Source of the DNA: Psammoneis japonica
Lineage: Eukaryota
DNA length: 64,000 nt
NCBI GenBank assembly: GCA_008632985.1
Contig: QPGO01000239.1
Coordinates: 1 to 64,000, forward strand
Direction of reading: 5' to 3'
The notes under the pieces are model-generated. The model searched no databases. It saw nothing but the letters and a program-made list of their open reading frames with translations, and was not told where the DNA came from. The translations under genes were made by a program, and so were the position numbers. This document shows, one piece after another, positions 50,001-60,492 of this stretch (position 1 is its first letter; each line of letters opens with the position of its first letter).

Positions 50001-50440
50001 AAGGGCCTTGGCCAAATCGGGTGCTGGTTTGACTGTGTCTTGTGGATCCAGCAAATCCCAATGCATGCCCTTGCAGCAAGTCTTGTCACCACTTGTTGTG
50101 TGTTGACCACAGCTCTCAATGTGGCAAAATGAGAACATGGATCAGTGAGCAGCAGCCAGGGCTGGCTTTTGCTGTTGTGCAAGAAACAGACTGCTGGGGG
50201 GGGGGGGAAGCATGAGAAGGTGATGCCCAAAAAGCATGCTTCCAGCTTTTGCATTTGAAAGAGATGAATGTGGCAACTCACTGCTTTCACTTGATGTGAG
50301 AAATTGATGGGAAAATTGAAAGGTCTTTGTCTTGGTGATGTGCTCAACATCAAGCTGTTCATGGCTTGGGTGAATTGGAGCAGTGGTCAATGCTCACAAA
50401 GTGCGCACCTCATCCTCTTTTTGCGCTTCAGTTGTTGGTC
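47030..50440. other. Hypermutated block D, homologous to about 39.5-42.1 kb and partly 28.9-29.3 kb
   Basis: TpA/CpG depletion; shared anchors such as TTGTCCTCCATGGGAGCTGAG (about 41193 and 49609) and GCTCCCACATCTGGGTGG (about 40208 and 47752). Confidence 0.85.
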
Positions 50441-50818
50441 AAGTTAATGTCTGTCCACGAGCTTCTAGCAGTACGTAGAATCTTGCGCAAAGTTAAGTCT
50501 GACACGCTGGTTTTGGTCGAGGATAGTTCGCGTTTGAGTGGAATGTCGGCATGTCCGAGGACAGCTAGCATGCAAATGCACACTGATCTACGAAATTTTT
50601 GCTAGAGTGGAGGATGAAGGGTAGATCGACGCGTAGCTGAAAGATGATTTGTCGAACGACAAACGTATAGTGTTGAGAGCCAGGGTAAGGGGCATTTTAT
50701 TTTAGAATGTGCAATTCCTTCTACTTAATGTCGACAAAACTGTCGAGTCCGGAATCAATGCAGGTAAACTAAATCGGCTGTCTCTAATGAATTCGAGCCG
50801 CTCAAAATATACAAAACT

Positions 50819-53098
50819 CTACAATTCGGCAGAGATGCTCTCTTTCATCCCCTCCATTCGTCCGCCGGCGTCTTCATAAGCATTAAACGCTTCTGGTTGT
50901 TCATCATTCCCCATGATTTCCGCTAACAGCTCCGCCTCGAATTCGGCCGCCTCGTTTCCTAATCCCTCTTCACTCAGCCATCGTTCTGCATCCAAGGCAG
51001 CGGCTGCACCACTACCCGCACTCGTAATGGCTTGTCGATAGACGCTATCTGAAACATCACCGGCTGCAAAGATGCCTTGGACAGACGTTCGTGTACTGGT
51101 TCCAATTGTTTTCACGTATCCAGGATGATTCTCATCGAATTCGACCACGCCTTTCAAAAAGGAGGTGGACGGAGTATGTCCAATAGCAACAAATACCGCA
51201 TCACAAGCGATCTGACTTTCTTCCTTGGTTTGAACATCCGTCAAAACAACGCCAGTGACAACCTTTGGCTGCTCAGTGTCGAGGTCCACGTCGTCGCTTT
51301 CTCCATCTGTTGACTCCACCGTCTTTCCCAAAATTTCCTTAACTGTGGCGTTCCATCGAATGATGATAGAGGGGTGTTCAATGACTCGCTGAGCCAGCAC
51401 TTTCGACGCCCTAAACGTATCTCTTCGATGAATCAAAGTGACAGACTTAAATAAAGAAAGGAAGAGGTTGGTCAATGATTGCTTTTCCAGGATAAATCCC
51501 CTCCGAGACTTTTCTCGACAATAGCCTTACCTTGCTGGTTCTTGCCAGGACAAGCGCATCCTCCATGGCAGCGTCACCGCCACCAACAGCACAGACATTC
51601 TTTCCACGAAACACAGCACCGTCACAAGTGGCACAGCTACTTACGCCTCCACCACGCATTTCCCACTCGCCAGGGACACCCAACCAGTTGCTTTCCGCAC
51701 CAGTAGCAACAATGATGGAGTGTGTTTCAATGACAGAACTGTTGGTGACAACCTTAAACGGTCTTTTGGAGTCATCCACGGAAAGAACGGTTTCTGCCTC
51801 AAACTTGGCGCCCCATTCAATCGCCTGTTCACGCATTCTCGAAATGACACCGGGCCCGGTAATATTAAACAATCCAGGATAATTCTCAACATCCACACCC
51901 TTGCCCTGCAGCTGTCCACCCATGGGCGGTGCCACGACAACCGGTGTCAGTCCAGCACGAGCAGCATAAATGGCTGCAGACATGCCCGCAGGTCCGCCTC
52001 CGATAATGGTGACTCGCTCCGGAAAATCTCCCGGACTCCAACCATGTTCAAACTCCGCATCGTCGTCATCCTCTTCTTCTACTTGTTCATCCACTTCGTC
52101 GTCAAGACGCTTTTCCAATTCACGCATAAGTTCCTCCTTTGTTGCTAAATGCAAATTGGCCTTGTCTGGTTTCGCGTTTTTGGTGGAAGCATCCGTCTTT
52201 TCCTCTTGCTTCTTTTCTCCTTTTGCTGCCGGTTTTCGGTCCTCGGCCGAAAAGCGCTCCACAGTCTTGGGTACTTTGCCATACTTTTTCTTTAACTTTC
52301 TCGTCAATTGATTCGCTGCAGCTCCTACACAATCGGTCGTTTTGGTCATGTCGGCACACTTTTTGTAAACCACCTCAATGGCCTCTCGCGTCTTGGTAGC
52401 ATCCACTTGTCCATAATACTCCACTAGTTCCTCTTTTGACAAGACCACATTTTCTAATTCTGCTTGTCGAATCACTTGTTGTGTCATTTGTTTCAATTGC
52501 GCTTCGCCCGCTCCCGAAAACTGATTCACCTTTTTGCCTCCCAAAAAGTACACAAAGGTCGGAAGCGATCGAATCTGATATTTCGATGAAAGTTCGTACA
52601 TGGCGTTGGTATCCACCTTGACAAACACAGCCTTGTCCTGCCCGACTTGCTTTGCTAAATTCTTAAAGACTGGAGCCATCATGCGACAAGGACCTATAAC
52701 GTTGCAAAACGATTAATATAAAACAGCTCAGCATGAACATAATCTCGAATCTCGGTACAGAGTCAACAACAATAATAAATTTTAACGGGCCTTACCACAT
52801 CCGTCAGAGTAGAAATCGACAATCACGGGCAAGCCCGTTTCAGTGGCATGCTTCTTAAGGAGTCGTTCGAATTCTGTGTTGTGTGAATGAGAGTATTGCA
52901 ATTTTGTTTAGTTCAAGAGGCGTTCGAATTCTTAGAAACAGCATGTTCCGTCGTTTCCTTCGATTTCAATCAAGCTAATCATGCACAAGTCAGTTTCTTA
53001 CCATGTGTAGAGCGAATATGACGAACCAGTGGACGTGCCGAGACAATGCTTAACACTATCAACAGCACAAGAGCCGCAAACGGCCGCGGCCTCATCAT
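50819..53098 (-). CDS. Thioredoxin-NADPH thioredoxin reductase fusion with signal peptide; exons 53098-53002, 52873-52796, 52693-51531, 51445-50819
   Basis: Three GT-AG introns keep frame; Trx site VDFYSDGCGPC is split by intron 2; NTR motifs IIGGGPAG, GVSSCATCDG, VGGGDAA, HRRD, GIFAAGDV and QAITSAGSG. Confidence 0.93.
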
Positions 53099-53369
53099 GG
53101 TCGCTGTCATTTTTTGTTTATGACTGCCGAAAATTCGGAAAGACTCGTTGCGTAGAACTCAGTACTAAATTTACGTGGGGTGTTGATAAGACACGTGGAA
53201 GCCTGTCGCTCTTCCACGTAAGATTGGTGGCGGACACTTCGTACTGTAGTAGTAAAGCGCGAGTCGTGATTCACGACAAACGGCAAAAAGCACGAGCACG
53301 TGGGCGGGGCAGTGCAGAAGGCCGGGACAAACAACCCGAAAAGTCGGATTGCTCACCTGCAATGATGAA

Positions 53370-54590
53370 GTTGCCAACGTTGGAGGAGACAAGAGATGAA
53401 GATGATGCAGGGTTTGACAGGGGCCTGGCCTCCTTGTCTGCTTTGGCATGCACCATTTTTGTGTGATGGGGAGACTGCCTCTTGCCTCCGGTTGTGGTCT
53501 GCAACTGTGTGGGTTTGACTCTTCTGCAAACAACATGCCACATTTGACACTTGCAGAGTGCAAACTGCATGGAAATGATGCCTGCAGCTGTGGACACTGT
53601 GTGTTCCCCAGCTGAGGTTTGACCCACAAGAAAAAAGGGAAGGGGAAGAGGAGGGGGCACAAAGCGTTCCCAAGCACCAGCAGATGTCGTGCAAGGAGGA
53701 GAGCCAGACACAAAGGGCTTGACAGGTCTCACATCACATCAACGATCATTTGGAGCAAACTCAGGGAAATGTTCTTGACAATCTGAGCTTTCTCTAAGTT
53801 TGTGCATTGTTGATGGCCATGCTGCTGCTGTTGCGAGCCTGTCCGGGATGCTCGGCAGGCAAAATGCCAGAGTTCGTGGGCAGCTCTGCTGCAATGACCC
53901 TGTGTTTGACTCATTGCATGGAAATGTTCTCATGGGTTGTTCTTGCAATGCTGACTTTTAACACTTGCACCAACATTTTCTGCTCATCACACAGCATCAC
54001 TCCTTTTCTCTGCTGGCAAAATGGCAAAAATTCTTTTTCCAACAAGAGGTGGTGCTCAAAGTTGCCTGGCACAGCTGTTGACACTCTGCCAAACAGAAGT
54101 GTCTTCATTGGCTCCAACAGCCAAGAAGCTCTTCCAGTGGCACCAACAAGCACTGTGCACAAGCAGATTTGAGAAAACTTGAAGTTGTCTGTCAAGCTTG
54201 GGGCAGAGCTTGGTTTTGGAAGATCGCTGCTGGTGCTGGCTGCGCAGCACATGTGAGAGACAAATGAAGAAAGAAGTGGAGGCACACACATGAAAAAAAA
54301 TTCTTGCCATTGTGTTCTTTGACACTGTGTGCACACAGACAAGAGTGGACAGGACAGTGTGCTGAGCTTCTTCTTCTTCTTCTTCTTCTTGATGACATGG
54401 AAAAAGCTGAGGGCCTCATTGGGGCAAATGTCACATCCAAAGAATTGAACAACAGTGGCTGCAAGGGCAGTTTTATCCTTGTTCAGTCTGCAGCAGGCGG
54501 CCTGTGTTCATGCAGCATGCCAACCGGGCAGACGACACAGGCTGATGGTGACATGCTGCCGTCAGAAATTTTATGCGAGAAGCTTCATTC
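53370..54590. other. Hypermutated block E (1.2 kb, origin unidentified; contains (CTT)n at about 54368-54390)
   Basis: Abrupt loss of TpA between two normal genes. Confidence 0.8.
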
Positions 54591-54613
54591 TCATGGATTG
54601 ATGCAAATTATAC

Positions 54614-55936
54614 TTAGGCTCTACTAATGCCACAACCTGCTCCTTGAAGCTCGTCCATGATCTCTTGTTGATACAAAATCAACTCCCTCAATCGTGCCTT
54701 TTGTACCACTTTCATGTCTTTTTCTTCTTGCATTGCACGTTGTCGCCTCGCAAAGATTGCGTGATCCTCTTGAACAGATCTTCTCGATGCATCAAGGGGG
54801 GTGCTGGAAGGTTGAACGCTGGTGTCCGATTCTTCATTCGTATTGGACTTGTTGCCGTGGTTCCGAGCGTGTCCACAAACAGAGCAAGCGAGGTGAAGAG
54901 AGTTGTCATTGAGAAAGGTACAAACTTTGCATTCCCATTCTACGTCGCTTGCGCTGGCACGGGTGTGCTGCGACGATCCCTCGCTGTTGTCGTGAGAGGA
55001 AAGCGTAAAACGAGAAGCAACGCTTCTTGTGCTGCTGTTCCGTTCCAGTCCGAACGAGCTCGTCACGCTGTATTCAAGTTTCTTCAATCCTTCGAGTCTT
55101 GACCTGTGGCCTTTGCGACGACTCCTTGCAAGGGGTGGTGGGTGCGTCACATCAAACTCGAGAGCCTTCAAGGCCTCGAGACGTTTGCTGCTCTTCTCGC
55201 CATTCAGCGGGCTGGTTGCATAAGGCTCTGGTTCTTCATCACGGCATTGAGCCGTGTTTGAATTGACGCTCCTGTTGCTTCTCGATAGTGACTCTGAAGG
55301 AGCGACTTGTTGGTACTCGAGTGCTCTCAACGCGACCATGCGTCGCGGGCTTGTGTCCGACACTTCACCACTTTCCCTATCGAGCATGTTCTCATGGCGG
55401 CTCCATCTACTGCTAGGGGAAGAATGGCCTCGAGGTTCTCGTTCCGTACCTGGAAGTTGATACTTGACTACACTGCCAATATCACGCTGACTCTCCAGCT
55501 GCCTCAGTCGACGAGTAATATCGTCGTCGTACTTATGCAGCCTCTCATAACGACCTGGTGTCGTAAGCAGCCGTGGCCTTTCAAAAGGCTTTAACGGTGG
55601 CGAGAGCTCTTCGTTGTATTCTTCCAACATGACACGGCAACTTGGGTGTTTAGTAATAGTTGTAGTCATGCTGCTCTTTTGTGGTGACAAAGCCTCTACT
55701 TTTCCTCGAGACGATGAACTCGTGTCGATACATTCTAAGCTGGACAAGTCAAAAGAAGATGAATTCTTCGTCTTGGTTTGGGGTTCGCAAACGTGCGCGT
55801 TTCCACAAATGGAGCACGTGGCGTTGCTTACATAGTCATAATTACGGTAGGTACACGTCGAACAGATCCATTCCCGATTATGTGACATGCTGCCAATGGA
55901 GGACGATGATCCAATGGAGCGGTTCGAGCGGTTCAT
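54614..55936 (-). CDS. Protein with two RanBP2-type zinc fingers and a Ser/Arg-rich linker
   Basis: WICSTCTYRN...CSICG and WECKVCTFLN...CSVCG. Confidence 0.88.
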   Translation of the reverse strand: MNRSNRSIGSSSSIGSMSHNREWICSTCTYRNYDYVSNATCSICGNAHVCEPQTKTKNSSSFDLSSLECIDTSSSSRGKVEALSPQKSSMTTTITKHPSCRVMLEEYNEELSPPLKPFERPRLLTTPGRYERLHKYDDDITRRLRQLESQRDIGSVVKYQLPGTEREPRGHSSPSSRWSRHENMLDRESGEVSDTSPRRMVALRALEYQQVAPSESLSRSNRSVNSNTAQCRDEEPEPYATSPLNGEKSSKRLEALKALEFDVTHPPPLARSRRKGHRSRLEGLKKLEYSVTSSFGLERNSSTRSVASRFTLSSHDNSEGSSQHTRASASDVEWECKVCTFLNDNSLHLACSVCGHARNHGNKSNTNEESDTSVQPSSTPLDASRRSVQEDHAIFARRQRAMQEEKDMKVVQKARLRELILYQQEIMDELQGAGCGISRA

Positions 55937-56547
55937 GTTGCTGTGCTTTTCTCACGAAACAATCGATAGAGTTGTGGAGTTCCTCGCTGACGCTGTTGGC
56001 CACGAAACGAGCACTCTTGCCAAAAAACGGACCTTTTCGTGTCACGAGTTTTCGATCGTTGGAAACAACACAGCTGAAGAACAACGGCATCACGTCGTGT
56101 ACGTTATTTTGCAACATAGGCAATGCGTTTTTTGCAATGATTTTTTGAAATGAAATGACCAACCGAATGACCTCTCGTTGTACGACACAAAAGCCTCGCT
56201 GGAACCGTTAAATAACTGTCGAAAGCCAAGAACTATTTTTGTCTTCAATGTATTTCAAATCTTCAGAGAATCGAGAGTGTATAATAAATTAAATCATATA
56301 TTCATAGTAAAGCCCCAAATTCTGTTGTTAAGTAATCCGACTGAGTCACGAATGTCAACACGTATCATTTATGAAAATTTGCAGGGCTTACGTGACAATG
56401 AGGGAACCGGGAATGCGGAACTCACAATTTCAAAATATTGCTTCAAGTCTCACATTTTCTTCGAAAATCTTCATCCGTTCACTTTCTCACTCCTCACTCC
56501 TCGCAGTTTGTTGTCTCTAGATAATTTGTATCTGCCCTTCAACTATC

Positions 56548-57783
56548 ATGTCTGGTCTTTCTGGTGGCATGGCCATGTCGGCGCATTCCGATGTGTTGGA
56601 AGCCAAGCCCGAAACTCCCGAAGCAAAGGCTCGCTTGTTGGAAGAAATTAAGAGCCGCGCCCGATCCGCGATTGGTTGCAAGAGCTACAAGGATGCCGAA
56701 GTGCTGTACCGCAAGGGCTTGGAGCTTTGTGAGGGACAGGAAAAGGCAATCATCTACGCCAACTTGGCCTTGGTGGAACGAAGCATGGGATACTTGCACG
56801 AATCGAAAAAGTCGGCGCAGCAAGCGACCGAGTTGGATCCAACCTACGTCAAGGGATACTGGCGACTCGGACAAGCCTTGGCGGCCTTGGATGAGACGGA
56901 GCAAGCTTTGAATGCCATGGAAGAAGCCAAGAAATTGGAACCAGCAAACAAGGCACTTGTCAAGGAATGTGAAAAGTTGAAAAAGAAACTAGAAGAGGAA
57001 CAAGCAAAGGCTATAGAAAAGGAGGAGAAAGAGAACGCCATGGATGTGGATGAACCACCCATAGTCAAGACAATTCCAAAGCCAAAAACAACCACAACCG
57101 CAGCTAAACCAAAATCATCTTCGTCGACTCCAATCAAAATTGATGACGATGATGATTTCACCCCATCCGATCACGTCAAGGGTTATAAGGTGGTCAATGG
57201 CAAAAAGACATCGTACTTTCACAATGAATTGTCGGAAAAGGACAAGGCCTTGATTGGAGACATTGCTCCCAAAAAGTTGGAAACGACGCCCGCCCCCACG
57301 GCACCCGCCGTTGAGGGAGCGTCGGCCTGGAACAAGGCTGGCACGTGGGAAGAACGTGACGTAACGTCGTGGGCAAAGGACACACTAAAAGCGGCACTCC
57401 TCACCACAAGTTACACGCTTCCAGATTCCTCGCCCGATCCCGGTGCCATTGCGACAATTACAGGCGTCCCCACCCTCGATGGACATGCGTCGTATGCCAC
57501 GGTGCGTGGAAAGAAACGGTACATTTATGAATTTTGCATCAAACTCAAGTGGACGTTGGAATTGGCGGATGGGACGGAATGCAAGGGAAACATGGCATTT
57601 CCCGATGTCGATGGAACTTGTGAATTGGGTGATGGATACGACATGGTGGAGTATTCGGTTCATGCGGATACACCACAAGAGACCAAACCACTCTTGGATC
57701 GATTCGTTAAGCATGGCGGATTGAGGGATGAAATTTGCAATAGCATTGATGATTGGGTTCGAATGTTCAGAGCAACTTACTAG
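56548..57783 (+). CDS. TPR plus Aha1 N-terminal domain protein (Hsp90 co-chaperone-like)
   Basis: Three TPRs (YANLA..., A.ELDPTYVKGYWRLGQAL) and SAWNKAGTWEERDVTSWAK...RGKKRYIYEF. Confidence 0.88.
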   Translation: MSGLSGGMAMSAHSDVLEAKPETPEAKARLLEEIKSRARSAIGCKSYKDAEVLYRKGLELCEGQEKAIIYANLALVERSMGYLHESKKSAQQATELDPTYVKGYWRLGQALAALDETEQALNAMEEAKKLEPANKALVKECEKLKKKLEEEQAKAIEKEEKENAMDVDEPPIVKTIPKPKTTTTAAKPKSSSSTPIKIDDDDDFTPSDHVKGYKVVNGKKTSYFHNELSEKDKALIGDIAPKKLETTPAPTAPAVEGASAWNKAGTWEERDVTSWAKDTLKAALLTTSYTLPDSSPDPGAIATITGVPTLDGHASYATVRGKKRYIYEFCIKLKWTLELADGTECKGNMAFPDVDGTCELGDGYDMVEYSVHADTPQETKPLLDRFVKHGGLRDEICNSIDDWVRMFRATY

Positions 57784-57932
57784 CTAGTATAATGATCTGA
57801 TTGCCAAAGATCTCGGCATGTGCAGAGCAACGTACTAGTATATGCGTACGGGACGACACGCATTCACCAAAGATAAATGTGTACTAGATTAGTGTTGTTG
57901 TGGAAACACCTTTGTTCTCAAAAATCGCCTTT

Positions 57933-59915
57933 TTAGATTGTGACTTCATCGCCCGCGGCCAAGAGCGTAATCTTGCGTTCTTGTTGATCTGCCCGCTTGG
58001 CCATGAGTCTCGTCAAGGTTGCAGCCGTCATGCTTCTTGTGTCCATGTCATCGAGACCCACAACAATGTCACCGGGAGACACGAGACCCTTGAGCGAGGA
58101 TTTTGGTTTGAGAGAATGAATAACAGGACCGTTTAGACTTGTGTCCACCACAATACCCAACGGTCCGGGGGGAGCAAAAACGTCGTAAAGTCCCATTCTG
58201 GGTTCGTGCGAAACTTCGACTGCGGTGGTTTCCATGTTGTCGTCGTTCAATGGCATTGCTCCTAGTACACCATTGGGGGTTTCAATGGGAGCGAACTCTG
58301 ACTGTTCATCCATGGACTCCAAAGTCCTCAAATCCTGCAAGACCATATTTGCTTTCACCGGTGACTTTGGACTAGCCTTCTCGTTCGTTTCATCTGCCAT
58401 TACCTCAACCTCTTTTAGGTTTTGGTCTCCAATATTACCGGTATCCTAAGAATAGCAAAGAAATAATACATATCAAATAGTGAGAAGTGATTGGTACGAA
58501 AAGCAAAGAGTACATTATTTGGGGCATGGATACTGATACGTTACCTGACTCTCATCATCATCCATCAATGCTCTTTTTAACATGAAGCCAGGTGTACAGT
58601 TGTCTCCAAAATCAGCAAATTCGGCTACTCCGCAATATCTGCTGCCGCCATTTTCCACAGTGTTGGGCGAAGGAACAAGCGGAGGATCTTGCAGTTTTGG
58701 CTCTATTTCGACTGAAGCACCGTCTCGGACGGATTTCTCTGGTGAAAAGTACGACGAGGAGACTTCTCGTGCCCCATACATTCTGACTTTATCACTATCA
58801 ATACCATCTGATGTTTCAATGTAATTCCTACTGCGCCGCCTCCGGACGGAAATGACCGAGGCAGCCACCGCAAGCGTCAAGGCAGCGACAGACCCAACAA
58901 TTATGGCAACGGCTCCAGCCGCGCTCATTCCACTGTCCCCGCCTTTATCATCGGTAGGGTCGCGTTCCATGCCAGCTGCAACAGCTGTGTCAGCTGCATC
59001 AGATGTTTTGCTCTCGGTGAGTGGAGCAAAAAAGTCAGATCCATTCGCGAGCATGTTTTCAAAGGCCGTGTAGTTTGTGGCAAAGCCAATTCCAACGCTG
59101 TTTGTAAAGGAAAAGTCTGCGGGCGGATCCTTTGGAGAAACTTCACCAACAACTCCAATATCAACGCTCAAACCACCTTGATGCATGCTTCGTTCGTCTT
59201 GCAGGGCACGACGAGCCACAATCAAGGCTTGATCAGCTAGTTGAACCGAGGTGACAGTGACGACGGTAGTGTCGTCTTTGGGGATGTTTTCCGTAATGAA
59301 TTGAAATGCTTCTTCTTCAAATACAACTGCTTCATTGCCTTCAATTAGACTCTCAACGTTTTCAAGAAGCAGGTTGATAGATGATGTCATAATAGCGACC
59401 CCAATCGTGGGTGACGACGTCGGCTCTAATGTCTTGGTTGGACTGCTCGTTGGAGCCATTGACGTGGTCGGACTCACAGTCGGAGCTGCAGTTGGCTGGT
59501 CCGAAGGCGAAGCACTAGGAGAATCCGTAGGCGACTTTGAAGGAGACGCCGATGGATACATGGAGGGACTAGGACTTGGCGCTGGACTCTCGGTTGGATA
59601 TGCCGAAGGCGTTCCAGTTGGCTGTGGGGTACCCGTAGGTGACGCGGTAGGAAAATGCGAAGGACTTGGACTTGGTGCCGGTGACTCTGTCGGAAACTCA
59701 GTTGGTGGTGATGAAACAACTTCCGAAATAAATGTCGGCGCAGGGGAACTGGACGCATCTTGTAGCTTCCGAGATGACCCCAAGCCCAACCCTGAAACCG
59801 CATCCAACATTTCTCCCCAGTGCGACTTTTCCATTTCAGGTAGCTCACGCTCTCGCTCTACTGCATATGAACATGTACACCATGAAAGCAGAATGAACAC
59901 GACCAGCTTAAACAT
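57933..59915 (-). CDS. Type I membrane protein: signal peptide, Ser/Pro/Thr repeats, TM helix, cytosolic PDZ domain; intron 58446-58544
   Basis: Phase-0 GT-AG intron joins the 59915 ORF to the PDZ exon (APPGPLGIVVD...SSLKGLVSPGDIVVGLD); TM helix followed by RRRR. Confidence 0.87.
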
Positions 59916-60492
59916 TTTTGGTTTGGAATTGGTCTTGCAGTTCTCGTCAAGAGTTAACTCGGGTTGGATTGATTAATCTTTTCACTTGGCGCCACCAGAG
60001 GCTGCCTTGGCAAGGGATTCGTTGCAATAATATCGGAGATAACTTTGCGAATACTTGCTCTTTACTGTACAATAATCATTGACCTCGGCCACAACACCAA
60101 AAACGAATCAAAAAGTGAGACTCGTTGACTAACGAACGGAAAAGTAATGAAATGTATCTAGTCATTAAGCTTTTCATTTTTTAATTAATAACGGATGCAT
60201 AGAAAGGGCAATAAGTACGTTAGATAGATGCATTTATTAGATGTATTCAACCGTTTAACGAACTTTAGCTAGCTTTATCCGTAATGGAAGAATATGATAA
60301 AATCTTAAAAAATATGTAGTATGCATGACACATATCGGTTACTAGTAGGCCCTATAATTTTTAACGGGAGGTCGAAACTTGCCGCCGTCAGTTTCAAAAT
60401 GAACTGAGAACAAAAGGTGCTGGAGATGGGGATGAGAAGAAGTTGACATTGCCGTCGTAGGTCGTAGACATACAAGTCAGCTCTGTAAGTAC

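Noticed and set aside
59335..59976. 213-aa plus-strand Gly/Val-rich ORF
   Set aside because: Antisense shadow of the Ser/Pro/Thr repeat region of the minus-strand membrane protein.
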